Of a stretch of DNA of 42,580 nt, positions 25,765-36,688 are shown in pieces. Source of the stretch: Nemertoderma westbladi. Taxonomy: Eukaryota > Animalia > Xenacoelomorpha. Under the pieces are notes generated by a model, which worked only from the letters and a program-made list of their open reading frames with translations, ran no database searches and was not told the origin of the DNA. Where the stretch lies: positions 1 to 42,580 of the forward strand of contig JAUCBJ010007521.1 of NCBI GenBank assembly GCA_032718475.1. The letters are read 5' to 3'. Within the stretch, counting starts at the first letter, position 1. Every line of letters starts with the position of its first letter. The translations under genes were made by a program, and so were the position numbers.

Positions 25765-26067
25765 ATGGTTGCAGACCGGTACCGCTGGGGCACCCAAGCT
25801 TACTTCCAGAACCAGGAACCCAAACCACCTGCTGAACCGTGCTTCAAACCTGTCTGTCTGTCAGCGATTACGGGCTACTGCATCGGTCTAGGATTCGGAG
25901 CCTACGGCATCTTAGCGGGCGGGGCCCTCACTTACTTCCCCCAGTTGGATCGGAAAGGGAAGTGGAAATTCGGCAAATATCTTTTCAAGGCGGGACGTAA
26001 AACAGCTAGAAATCTCGCTGTTATTCTTGGCGTCATTACCGCTATTACTTCATGCACAATTAACTGA
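25765..26067 (+). CDS. Small two-helix Tim17/Tim22/Tim23-family mitochondrial membrane protein (Romo1/Mgr2-like size)
   Basis: EPCFKPVCLSAITGYCIGLGFG (GxxxGxxxG-type helix after Cys) and TARNLAVILGVITAITSC resemble Tim22/Romo1 TM1 and TM2 with the Cys pair; ATG start, coding-like GC. Confidence 0.65.
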   Translation: MVADRYRWGTQAYFQNQEPKPPAEPCFKPVCLSAITGYCIGLGFGAYGILAGGALTYFPQLDRKGKWKFGKYLFKAGRKTARNLAVILGVITAITSCTIN

Positions 26068-26149
26068 AAGTGACAGACCATTAATCAACTACAGAACCAA
26101 TTAATTCTTAGGGCTAGTTTATTGTTTTTCTTCTAGTTTTTTTAGTTCT

Positions 26150-26605
26150 ATGTCTAGATTTACTATAATTAAAAGGAAGTCAGAGTTCCCTCCGTACAGG
26201 CCTGGCGGCCCCCAGCGTCGCATACTTTTAACTCACGATTGGATGAGACTCGTTGCTAAGAACGACCTGCTACACAACCAGGTCTGTTTCCACTGCCCCC
26301 TTCACATGAACAAACACGACATTCGGGAATACCTCGAGAAAATCTACGATATACCAGTAGTGAACGTAGAAACCTCGGTGGTTCGTCCACCAGCGACAGG
26401 GGGTCTGTTTGGTAGGCGTTTCCGTTACATTAACGATTACAAAGAAGTTTGTATAACGATGCCCGTTAGCAAAGCGTTTAAATTCCCAGACCTTCAAGCG
26501 TCGGATACATTGGAGAAAGAACAATTAAAATTAGAAGGATATGAAAAAGAAATAAAAGAGAAAAATGCAAAGAGAGGAACCGTGGTAAAGAAATGGTTCT
26601 GGTAA
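26150..26605 (+). CDS. MRPL23: Mitochondrial ribosomal protein L23 (uL23m)
   Basis: FPPYRPGGPQRRI, VCFHCPLHMNKHDIREYLEKIYDIPVVNVET, DYKEVCIT, FKFPDL, terminal WFW; intronless. Confidence 0.93.
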   Translation: MSRFTIIKRKSEFPPYRPGGPQRRILLTHDWMRLVAKNDLLHNQVCFHCPLHMNKHDIREYLEKIYDIPVVNVETSVVRPPATGGLFGRRFRYINDYKEVCITMPVSKAFKFPDLQASDTLEKEQLKLEGYEKEIKEKNAKRGTVVKKWFW

Positions 26606-26741
26606 ATAAGATAAAGAATACGATTATTTTTATTATTTAGAATATATTTTGAAGTTTAGTTGTAATAAATAAAACTAATTAAAATATAGGAGAAAAATTA
26701 CTTCCTATAAGTCTTTAGGCCTAACTATAATTATTGTTCCA

Positions 26742-28007
26742 ATGGCGGATAAATCGGACGGCGTTCTGTATGAATTATTGCGGGACTCGGAACTTCGATT
26801 CGAGGTGGAACACCGGGGTATCGCGCAGTTGGAACTGCTGACGGGAACGGCGGAGATATTCGGCACCGAGTTGGTCCGGGACCGACAGTACACCTTCTAC
26901 TCCGGGGCCAAAGTCGCTGTCTACACATGGGAATCGGCGAGTCTACGACTGCGGGGCCGTGTCGACTCGCCGTACGTGTCCAAGGAGACCCCTATGACGA
27001 TCTACGTGAACGCGCACGCAGCGTTGGAGCAGATGCGAACGGCGGCGTCGGAGACGGCTGAGGGACGCGGCCCGCGGGTGATGGTCTGTGGGCCGACGGA
27101 CGTGGGAAAGTCGACAATCTGTCGGTTGCTAGTGAACTACGGGGTCCGCGTAGGGCGGACCCCGACGCTGGTAGACCTCGACGTTGGTCAGGGTTCCGCC
27201 AGCGTCCCCGGGACTATGACCGTCTCCGTTATAGACAGAGTGGCCTCCGCCGAGGAAGGTTTCAATAACGAGTCGCCTCTCGTGTACAACTTCGGGTTCA
27301 TCTCCCCGGGGCCCAACCTCAAGTACTACTCACACATTATCGACCTTATCGGGCGGGCGGTCACTGACCGCGGTCGCTCCAACCGTTTGGCCGAGGTGTC
27401 TGGCGTCGTTATAAACACCTGCGGGTGGACCAAAGGGGGCGGCTACCAGGCTCTCCTTCACACAGCTCAATCTCTCGAGGTTGACAGCGTTATCATCATC
27501 GACCACGAGCGCTTGTTCAACGACTTCCGTCGGGATCTTCCCGCTTTCGTTAAAGTCGTTCTGCTTCCCAAATCCGGCGGGGTGGTGGAACGTTCCTTGC
27601 AGTTCCGACGACTGTGTCGGGAGGAACGTATCAAGCGGTATTTCTACGGACCTCGGGGGAACTTGTACCCTCACAGGTACGATATCGCCTTCTCTTCAGT
27701 TGAGATTTACAAAGTTGGCGCCCCTGCCGTTCCTAAATCTTTACTTCCTTTGGGGCAGGAGGAATCGAACACTGAACTGGAGTTGGTCGCAGTGAACCCA
27801 GCTGAGACTTTGTTGCATCGGGTCTTGGCTGTGAGTAGGAGTGAGTCTAAAGAAGAACTGGTTTCGTTCAACGTGGCTGGATTTATCGTTGTGACCGCTG
27901 TGAATATGTCGCAAAAATTGTTTACTATTCTAAGTCCCCAGCCCTCCCCACTGCCTAACAGGTTCCTACTATATACAGAGAACAGTTACATGGACTTAGA
28001 TTCTTAG
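26742..28007 (+). CDS. CLP1: Polyribonucleotide 5'-hydroxyl kinase Clp1
   Basis: SELRFEVE, GTAEIFGTEL, Walker A GPTDVGKST, DLDVGQG, SGVVINTCGW, LPKSGGVV, LSPQPSPLP; intronless. Confidence 0.97.
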   Translation: MADKSDGVLYELLRDSELRFEVEHRGIAQLELLTGTAEIFGTELVRDRQYTFYSGAKVAVYTWESASLRLRGRVDSPYVSKETPMTIYVNAHAALEQMRTAASETAEGRGPRVMVCGPTDVGKSTICRLLVNYGVRVGRTPTLVDLDVGQGSASVPGTMTVSVIDRVASAEEGFNNESPLVYNFGFISPGPNLKYYSHIIDLIGRAVTDRGRSNRLAEVSGVVINTCGWTKGGGYQALLHTAQSLEVDSVIIIDHERLFNDFRRDLPAFVKVVLLPKSGGVVERSLQFRRLCREERIKRYFYGPRGNLYPHRYDIAFSSVEIYKVGAPAVPKSLLPLGQEESNTELELVAVNPAETLLHRVLAVSRSESKEELVSFNVAGFIVVTAVNMSQKLFTILSPQPSPLPNRFLLYTENSYMDLDS

Positions 28008-28840
28008 AATATAGATTGACTATTTCTATTTAGGTAGAGCGGCTGTGGCTGAATTTACTCATTAGTAATAGTTATATAGTTGAACTTGATTGTAATTTTG
28101 AAAAACATACCGGGTCCTTACTTTGTATAAATGCAACATTGTGTGACACTGTTATTTAATGTGTTGGAGCTAAATGTATTTTTCTAGTTTAAAAAATTAA
28201 TGTTTTATGTAAAAGTTCCTAATAATTTTTGTGCAAACAAAATTCCGTTACTTTACAAATCGATGCTGATGAAAAACTTATGAATCTTTTGTTGTTAGAA
28301 TAAAAGTATTTCAGGTGAAAGTTTTCTAATTTTTTAATAGGAATTAATTGTTATGTATTAAAGTTTTAGCAAAATCCATCATTACGATTGGCTAAAGAAA
28401 GATTATGAAAATTCAGTGTCTGTGGTGCATTTACATAATGCACTGATTTTCAATACAACATAATTTTTAATAGCTGCCACTATACTCTACCGGTCCCGTT
28501 ATTAACCAAGCCAATCTGTCTGTCTGTATGACAATCCAGTAATTATAATAATATCGGCTGCGTTGTGGCTGTAACAAAGATAATTTCAGGTTCAGTTTCA
28601 GTTTCATTGTAAGATCTCGTCACAGCTGTAAAGTGTACATTACTTCTCTATTCATTGACTCCGTACTCTATGTGATAGGTTTTAATCTAGAAGATGTGCC
28701 ACTAGTGTATTAGACACATAATCAGTACTCACATAAATGATCGACCTGCCCTATCGTGTAATGATGGCAGACCCAGAGACGAGGCCGCACAATATCTCCC
28801 AGTTAGCCAAACACTTTCCAAGTTTATCGATGTTCTCAAC

Positions 28841-29628
28841 CAGGGACTGGATACGAAAATACGATACGATACGAACCAGTTTTTCACGATACGATGCGAT
28901 ACGATGCGATACGAATGCAATTTTGAGAAAATACGATACGAAAAATCCAAGTTACGATACGAAATACAAAAAATGTTTCGTATTTTTTTCGTATCGTATT
29001 TTATCTAAAGAGTTGATAAAAAATATGTATTGTATTTTGTATTACACTTAGAAAATCATTTAAATCTATATAATAGGCAAATATTTATTGTTTCAATGTA
29101 CAGCTGATGTACGTCTGGCTAGGGCTACAACAATACAACATCCATAATGAAGTTATGCAACACGGCCAGACGGTCCAATAGTAGTAGGCGTTACCATATT
29201 AACATGCCACGATATTGCCACGTACTGATGTAGGCCTACCTACCTACAGTAGGCCTAATGGCGTTATTTATGGAATAATTTTGAATTTGATGTACTAATA
29301 TCTGAATATGGAATAAAATTCAAAATTTAAATTTCGTAGTCAAACTAAGACTAGAATAAAAACTATGTTTTATTAAATTTTATTCTCTCACTAATAATGC
29401 CTTTATCATAACATCAATGCCTTGTAGGCGCGATTAGTTATCTTTCGTTTGACTGTTAAAAACATAATATTTATAAAATAATAAGATACGAAAATACAAT
29501 ACGAAAAATATTTATTCGTATTATACGATACGAAGTCAATTTTTGTGATACGATACGAATAAAATAACAAATAAGTACTGCGATACGAAATACGAAAATC
29601 CGTTTTCATATCGTATCGTCTGTCCCTG
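28841..29628. mobile_element. hAT-type MITE with (GATAC)n subterminal repeats
   Basis: Termini CAGGGAC...GTCCCTG; 8-bp TSD TTCTCAAC at 28833-28840 and 29629-29636. Confidence 0.9.
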
Positions 29629-29948
29629 TTCTCAACTACAATGTCCTTATGAAGCCGGCGAAGGCATTGTTGACTGGCCACCATGTCAGTTCTAGGAGGT
29701 GGTTGTTGTCCTCTCGGGTATAGCAGTGAGTAGCGGGATTTTAGATTCCAGCTGGGTGTTGCTAATGATGTGCAACTATAATAATTATCGATCAATTTAT
29801 TGCTTATATTGTGTGTGTGGCATAACCAAAATTTTGCTACCTACGTAATACACTCTTAATTGACGATATTGAATGTTGTTGAAAAAATGTTATGGTGGAA
29901 AGAGGTATTTTTATTAATTATACAATTTAAAACTTTATAACCGGAAGA

Positions 29949-30188
29949 TCAGAGATCCACTGAATAATTGAGAAAGGGGGGGGGGGGGGGGGGGGGGACT
30001 GGACCCAAATCCCATCTTGGCGAATTAATATCCCGCATCAATGTTAAATTCTCAAATTAGATAAAGGAGCATGTTACAGTAACACGTTATTTTAACCAAA
30101 ACAATAAACTAAACACAATAGAACAGGTTACAGTTTTATTTTTGAGTGCAATTTCCCCTGGAGAGAGATTAATTTTTATTGCGTCCAG
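29949..30188 (+). repeat. Dispersed repeat, probable hAT-type MITE end (copy 2, inverted relative to copy 1)
   Basis: Poly-G then CTGGACCCAAA...CTTGGCGAATTAATATCCCGC...CAGGTTACAGTTTTATTTTTGAG matches the reverse complement of 23540-23727. Confidence 0.6.
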
Positions 30189-30762
30189 TTTCCCCCCCTA
30201 TCTGGAATAATGTTGAAAAGTGATTGGGTGGTAAGGGGGGTGGATGGAAACTGGGAATTCGAATTGTAGTGTTAGGGTCGGACTGGACATGCCAAACCTT
30301 TAGCACGCACATTTCTTTATAGATCTGGACTCGGCGCGCTACAACTGTTGTAGCACACTACATGGCAGCCCATTCCATATTTTGTTAAAGTTATTTTATT
30401 GTTAGAAAACCCGTAAATGTGTTTTATTTAAGCAATATTATGATTTGCCATATTCGAATAGCAATAAGTCGTTGGCTTCTGTTAGTTAATTGGATTTACA
30501 TTCGATCGAAAATATAAAAATATTGATATTTTTGTACGATCAATACAAAATTTGTAATTTTCGGTCAATAATTAATAGATTCAATATTGTGGACAACCAT
30601 ATTTATAGTTCACCTCTCTGACGTGACGTGTTGTTAGGTTAGTTACCAAGTTGTTTATTGTTTTGGTTAGTGTAACACCTTCTAGATTTAGTACTTAATG
30701 GTAACCTAAACCTGCAACAAAAAAACTGATATTCCCGGTTGATAAAATAACAATTATGACTT

Positions 30763-31779
30763 TCAATCTTTTCTAGTAATTGTATTGGTTTCAACATTAC
30801 AATAAGCCACAGTAACAACACAAAGTAAGGTACAGAACCAACCGATTACAACGCTGTACAGACCCCAAGGTGCGCGGAGTATTCGCATCCCTATGTATCC
30901 GACACCCTTACAGTACAAAACGAGGTTGGAACCAGTGAAGTCGTCAGTAACGGAACCTCGTTTAATCGCGTCAACGGAACACGGTAAATCGCGTTCCGCA
31001 ATTAAATACCCCTCGGAACTTACTAAAGAGATTCGGTTAGACCCGGCGGCAATCACTGACCCTTCCGGGGTTAACCCTTCGATTAATAACGGCTTCCCAT
31101 TGGCTGGCCAACCAGCTGACCCCGCAGTCCTCCATAAAACGTTACCATGGTAATTAAGTTTTACTATTGTCCCGTCGCAACCGTAAACAACAATATCGAA
31201 GGTGATTTTATTCGTAAGTCGTGGCGTAAATAAAGACGTTACAAACCCCCAGGGGGCGGGAGAATTAAACCTGAGAATCGCAGAATAATTCCCGCAGTTT
31301 TTCTGACAAACATTCAGCTCCGAAACATTATTATATGTCTCTTTTCGCCCTCCGATATTTTTATCTAAACTTTGCGAAATAATTCGGCATCCGTTGACCA
31401 AGGAAGCCTCTTTTCTAACGAAAGTTTCGCTTCCGACTTTCTCTTCGAGCAATACGATTGGGGAATTATTCTGATGAGTCATCCAGTCCAATGATTCGAG
31501 ATCCGCTAGGCTAATGTTTATTTGATGAAACTTTGAAACTCCACCACTATCCAGCAGTTTTATAGATGGGGTATTGTGATTCCCGATTTTGTTCTTAACC
31601 GGTAGAACCCACTTGGGATTGATTTGATATCGATCGGAGAACCGGAATGTTAACACAATAACCATCATAGCGACCAGCGATAACAACGCATTGCGATTTT
31701 TGCACAATAGAGTCGCCAGAAGACAAATGGTTTCACTTCTCAGTCCAATAAATACATCGAACTTCGGAAGGACAAACAT
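30763..31779 (-). CDS. Membrane protein resembling the NERD1/At3g51050 FG-GAP-repeat family (short form)
   Basis: 338-aa intronless ORF with an N-terminal hydrophobic anchor, FDIVVY...G.I.....G.VLW...AGW, AAGSNRISLVSSEGYLIAERDLP...DDFTG...GYIGM and a C-terminal TM; family match recalled from memory. Confidence 0.6.
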   Translation of the reverse strand: MFVLPKFDVFIGLRSETICLLATLLCKNRNALLSLVAMMVIVLTFRFSDRYQINPKWVLPVKNKIGNHNTPSIKLLDSGGVSKFHQINISLADLESLDWMTHQNNSPIVLLEEKVGSETFVRKEASLVNGCRIISQSLDKNIGGRKETYNNVSELNVCQKNCGNYSAILRFNSPAPWGFVTSLFTPRLTNKITFDIVVYGCDGTIVKLNYHGNVLWRTAGSAGWPANGKPLLIEGLTPEGSVIAAGSNRISLVSSEGYLIAERDLPCSVDAIKRGSVTDDFTGSNLVLYCKGVGYIGMRILRAPWGLYSVVIGWFCTLLCVVTVAYCNVETNTITRKD

Positions 31780-32228
31780 TACAATACAATAGCGGCTCTT
31801 TCAGTCTTACGGACTTCTTGACTTGGCTAGAATCGTGGAGTGAAATTGTGTAGATGGCATCTAGAGTCTTGTGTAGGAGTCATGTACCGGTACTGCAGCT
31901 GTAGTGTACTCGTACTGTTCAGCGCTGTTGTTGTAATACTGTAATACTGTGACTGTAGTGTAATAAGGCTGTAAGGTAAGGTAATAGGTCCATTGGAATT
32001 GATTGACCATTACAGCATGCAGCATTACTCTGTTACTGCATTAATACTGTAGGGGTAATACATACTGTACTGTAACTGTCAGAATGTAGAGCAGTATTGA
32101 CATTACTGCAGAAACTACTGAACTAATCAGTTTGGTGTGCGATGAATTGCTGTATTGAGGGTACGGGCGTACATGCGTACGGGTAAGCAGCAAGCAGGTA
32201 TCAATGGTGTATCTGCGATTGGAAAAAA
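31780..32228. promoter_or_regulatory. Probable bidirectional promoter and 5' UTRs
   Basis: 449 bp between two head-to-head start codons. Confidence 0.55.
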
Positions 32229-32885
32229 ATGAAAACAGCAGATAAAACCCTTCGTAACTCACAGAAAGTTACAGTAAAGAAATCTTTATTAGCGCCGTTC
32301 CTAACAGAATGGCCTCACGTCACGAAGTCGGATGAGGTTGCTATAGTAACCGCGTTGAGGAAATTCGTTCAATCATACGTCTACCCCGATGCGAGGAGAA
32401 AAAACCGAAAGTTTGTCGATTCGGAACTAAAACAATTTATAATATTCGGAATCAACGAGATAACGAGATCGTTGGGGAAGGACGAGTTGGAATGTTTCGT
32501 GGTAGACCGGTCTATACAGCCCAATGTAACGGGCCAGCAGCTACTGACACTGGCTTGTAGACAAGGCGTTCCCGCCTGCGCAGTAAACGGCCTCGGGTCG
32601 ACCCTGTGTCAGGTGATTCCGACTAAACGGCTCGCCGCTGTCGGTATTCGTCGACCTACAGACGTCGGACATCCCGACGCGGTAACCGCGCTCGTCGCCT
32701 CTGTTGTACCTCTATCGCCGCCGTTTAAACTTCCCTGGATTATTAAGGAAGATAATAGTTCCCCGTCTATTATTAAACCGGTTGTAGACTTTGTTCCGCC
32801 TTCCTTAAAGGTCACTAAATCCACACCGCAGCAAAATGGTAAAACCCAAAAGCGCTTACGAAAACGAAATAAGCGGGATATGTAA
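32229..32885 (+). CDS. RPP38: Ribonuclease P/MRP subunit p38 (L7Ae domain)
   Basis: KQFIIFGINEITRSL.KDELECFVVDRSIQP...LLTLA..QGVPACAV..L...L matches the RPP38 L7Ae domain; basic C-terminal NLS; intronless. Confidence 0.85.
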   Translation: MKTADKTLRNSQKVTVKKSLLAPFLTEWPHVTKSDEVAIVTALRKFVQSYVYPDARRKNRKFVDSELKQFIIFGINEITRSLGKDELECFVVDRSIQPNVTGQQLLTLACRQGVPACAVNGLGSTLCQVIPTKRLAAVGIRRPTDVGHPDAVTALVASVVPLSPPFKLPWIIKEDNSSPSIIKPVVDFVPPSLKVTKSTPQQNGKTQKRLRKRNKRDM

Positions 32886-34439
32886 CGGCGCCTTTTATGT
32901 CTTTTACTAACTATAGGTTATATGGCCTTAACTAAAAATAATGGAAAATTCCCACTTAAAGTGATTTATTTCTTACCTCATTTATTAGTGGTGAATCCAT
33001 ATCTCAGTATCTGTGGGGCGAGTCAGAAATGTGAGTCATCAGCGAAATCTTATAATTATACTAACTATGGCCGTTTTCCAAAAGTCGGGGTGGGCGTGGG
33101 TGCCAATATAAAGCGGGAGAGTGGTATGCCAATATATAACTAGCCATAGTATAAATATAATTTGCTCGCTAAGATGGCTTACAGCTTCTGCTGCACGAAG
33201 GCCCCACCCCCACTCGTGTTCGTCACTTTCGTTTTTATAGGGTCTTTGGTTCACTGAATGAAATCCATGGAAAAATTTCCCAATTATCCACTCATGTAAT
33301 TTTTCTTTCCGCATTGTTTTGAATGGCAATGAAAATTCAAAGATATTTTTTTACAGGGTATTTTTTTCTAAATGTTAGTGAAATTTATAAATGAATATAG
33401 TGATTTATAAATTTTTTAAATTTGTTTAGAAATATTTCTAAAACTAAATATTCGAAACAACAAATTTTAAATTTTACAACAGCTTTTGAAGAAAAAGACA
33501 TATAAATCAAAATGTAATGTTAACCATTTTTAATTATTATTAATGTTTGTTCATTATTCATTCACCACAATCGAATCCTTGAATCTCTAAATCTGATTTA
33601 TCTCAATCAGCTTTATTTGTACCAACTCCTATAATATCAAATACACTCGTTTGTTATAGCGGTATTGTTTCTAATTAAGTAGATTGAAATAGACTATTCA
33701 ATCATTACAGTCTAAGAGTGTTTCACTGACATTCCCAGAATTTATTAGAATTCTCAATTTGAAAGATAATCTATAAGGCACTTGTTGTACTGTCAACACC
33801 TACTGATGTGGAATATTAATTCCTTCACAATAAATTAATGGCTTTTCGTTTGCCAAAGCTGTATTAAATAGAGTAAAAGGCTTAAAAGGCTAATTAGTTT
33901 AATATTTAGAATATTTTGATGAAATTTTAAACAAATACAGAATTTACGGCACCGTTCGTTTGAAAAAAGTAGAAAACAAGCAACCAAAGTAATGCATGAC
34001 CTACTTTTCACTTTTAAAAATTAACCTTCCAAATTCGCCATTCTGGTTAAATTATTCTGGTTTTCTTAACAAAATTTAGATTTTCTAATTTTTTTCTAGC
34101 CATTTCGAAACTTTTCGTGGTAAACATTTTGAAAAAAAACCCGTGTGGCTACCGTGTCCAATTATTTGGAATTTGTATCCCTTAAAATGTTATCTTTCGG
34201 TTCACTTGTGCCATGCAACCTTAACAAACTGAAATGACATTAATCTGTGTAAACGGATAAATTTGTAAATATCACAATGAATTCAGCATTCAAAACAAGA
34301 ACCTATATAACAAATCAACAATTATTATTAATATTAATTATAGTAGCACATGTTACTTCATTTTCCCGCCTCCATTAATTAATAATAATACAATAATAAT
34401 AATTATTACAATTATTATTACCATTATTACAATATTTTC

Positions 34440-34866
34440 CCTTGTTCTTCCGCCACAGTGGCACCTCTTGCCCGGCCGCCACTGTGGCGCCCCGCCACCA
34501 CAGTGGCACCTTTTGCCCGGTCGCCACTGTGGCGCCCCACCGCCACTTTGGCAACCCTTTCTCCTCCGTCTGTGTGGCGCCCCCTTGCTATTCTGCCACT
34601 GTGGCACCCCCTTGCTCCCCCGCCACCGTCGCACCCCATTGATCCACCGCCACTGTGGCACCCCCTTGCTCCACCGCCACTGTGGCACCCCCTTGCTCCA
34701 CCGCCACTGTGGCACCCCCTTGCTCCTCCGCCACTGTGGCACCCCCTTGCTCCTCCGCCACTGTGGCACCCCCTTGCTCCTCCGCCACTGTGGCACCCCC
34801 TTGCTCCTCCGCCACTGTGGCACCCCCTTGCTCCTCCGCCACTGCGGCGCCCCATGCTCCACCCCT
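34440..34866. repeat. 27-bp GC-rich minisatellite (CCGCCACTGTGGCACCCCCTTGCTCCT)
   Basis: About 8 near-identical units at 34646-34860, more degenerate units to the left; source of many spurious ORFs. Confidence 0.95.
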
Positions 34867-34894
34867 AAGTACTCATTATATATAGTATTTATTA

Positions 34895-35211
34895 CAGGGT
34901 TCCAACTCACCTGGTAAAACCTGGAATAGTCAGGGAATTTCATTTATTCTTGAAATATCAGCAGGGAAAAGTCAGGGAATGTGATATGCAGGTAAAGATA
35001 AGCGAAAATGTGTAAAAAAAATTGTGCTCGCTTCGCCCTCATCACATCACTAAATATAAATTAAATGTAAACTCCGAATTTATCAAGAGAAGAGATATAG
35101 ATACTGTAGAAGTCGTATCAACTTTAGCCAGGGAATTTTTTCAAAAGGTCAGGGAATTGTGAGGGAAAGGTCAGGGAAAATTGAACGTGATGAAATTGAG
35201 TGGCAACGCTG
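34895..35211. mobile_element. hAT-type MITE with TCAGGGAA subterminal repeats
   Basis: Imperfect TIR CAGGGTTCCAACTC / GAGTGGCAACGCTG; several (T)CAGGGAA motifs; no clean TSD. Confidence 0.6.
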
Positions 35212-35472
35212 TATTTGTAGGTCTATTCGTAAAATTACCATCTCCTCTGGGAGTGGCATAGCAATATGGGATCTAAATTATTTAAAGTTGTATGTTTGAC
35301 AAATTTAAAATTATTGCTAGTGGTAGGGGGGCTTATTCAATGTTAATTTTTTAATTAGTCGAGGGGGGGGGGGGGGTGAACATGAATATAACATTGTTTG
35401 GTAGGTGTATGTACCCCGGGTGGGTCTTTGAGGACACACATGCTATCTACCACATTGGAAATGAGGTCACAA

Positions 35473-35500
35473 TTGGAATTGAGGACGTCCTCAATTCCAA
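35473..35500. repeat. Perfect 28-bp palindrome TTGGAATTGAGGACGTCCTCAATTCCAA
   Basis: Direct inspection; half-site variants recur at about 35456, 35647, 35699 and 35788. Confidence 0.9.
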
Positions 35501-36640
35501 AAACCTCAGAAATTAAATGTAGATGTTATATTTACTACAAAATGATGGTTTTTTTGTCATTTTTTCTAATGTCCAAATTTCCTCCGTAACCAACGCTCGG
35601 GTATGTTTAGGTTGTGTATCTGGTGAAATGTGTTAATATGAGTAATGTCCTCAATGTAATGGATTAATACGGATGATAATTAAGTCGCTTGAATTGAGTT
35701 GGAATTGAGGACCTTAGGTTTATCAGTGAATCTATAAAACTGATAGAGATTTTATTGCCAGATGTGTCTGGAAGTCCGTTGTTATGTCGGAATTGATGAC
35801 CATAGTTTATTAATTAGTGTACCGTGCTGTTAACCCCCAACCCACCCCCCAGAGTTTAATGCAAATTGAACAAAATGTAGCCAAAATGCAGAACTATAGT
35901 AGTAGAAGAAGAGGGCCCCCCCGCGTACTCCTCCCTAGCCTGGGCTACGGGCTGCATCTCGGAGGGCTATTAAAAACGTGCTAAATCGCGATGTTTAATG
36001 ACCATCTGTCACCAACAGTATCGATGCCTTCAACCAATCGTTGCCTATCGCCTACGCGTAGCCTAACCTCACGATGCCTGCCTTACTCGATAGCTGTTAC
36101 CAACCGTGAGTATTGATTCGTGTTGTTGCATCAACCAACCATCGCATATTCATCTTCGCGTAACCTAACTTCACGATGCATGGCTAGCCCCCACTACGCT
36201 ATTATATTATATATCGATTGCCAACTCACCACCGCTAGCCACGCACGGCTACTCCTCGACGGCTGTCGCCAAACCAATCCAACCAACCAAGCAGCCTCCT
36301 ACCAGTCCAACGCTATGATACGTGAAATTCCGCCACGTTCCAGCTACACGTATACGAACATTTCCATAGTTACTCAACCTAACCTAACCAATCCCACAGC
36401 ATCTGTGCCATATTGAAAGGCTACCACCACTAACATTATACTGCACGTTCTTATTATAATAATTATTGATTATTATCGCACACAACCCTATGATTCATAT
36501 TCTTTCACGTATTTCCTATCCACGCAATCAACCAGCCAGCTATTCATCCACGTTGCTCCCCATCTCTTTTCTTATTCGTTGATGATTATGACACGTACCA
36601 TCTCTTCTTCGTTGACTATGCCACATCGCAAATTTATATA

Positions 36641-36676
36641 TATATAAGTGAATGTTTTTAATAAAATTCATCACTT
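36641..36676 (+). promoter_or_regulatory. Candidate TATA plus initiator core promoter
   Basis: TATATAAG at 36641 and TCACTT at 36671. Confidence 0.4.
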
Positions 36677-36688
36677 GTAATCTTCATG

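Noticed and set aside
23505-30188. Composite transposon carrying the three-gene cluster between inverted repeats
   Set aside because: The copies are diverged, their recognisable termini lie on the gene-proximal side and no flanking TSD was found; two independent insertions are simpler.
33250-34225. Possible decayed transposon ending in CCTTAA (Kolobok-like)
   Set aside because: No matching opposite TIR or readable transposase motif was found.
34353-34943. Several 66-196 aa repetitive ORFs on both strands
   Set aside because: Artefacts of a stop-free 27-bp minisatellite.
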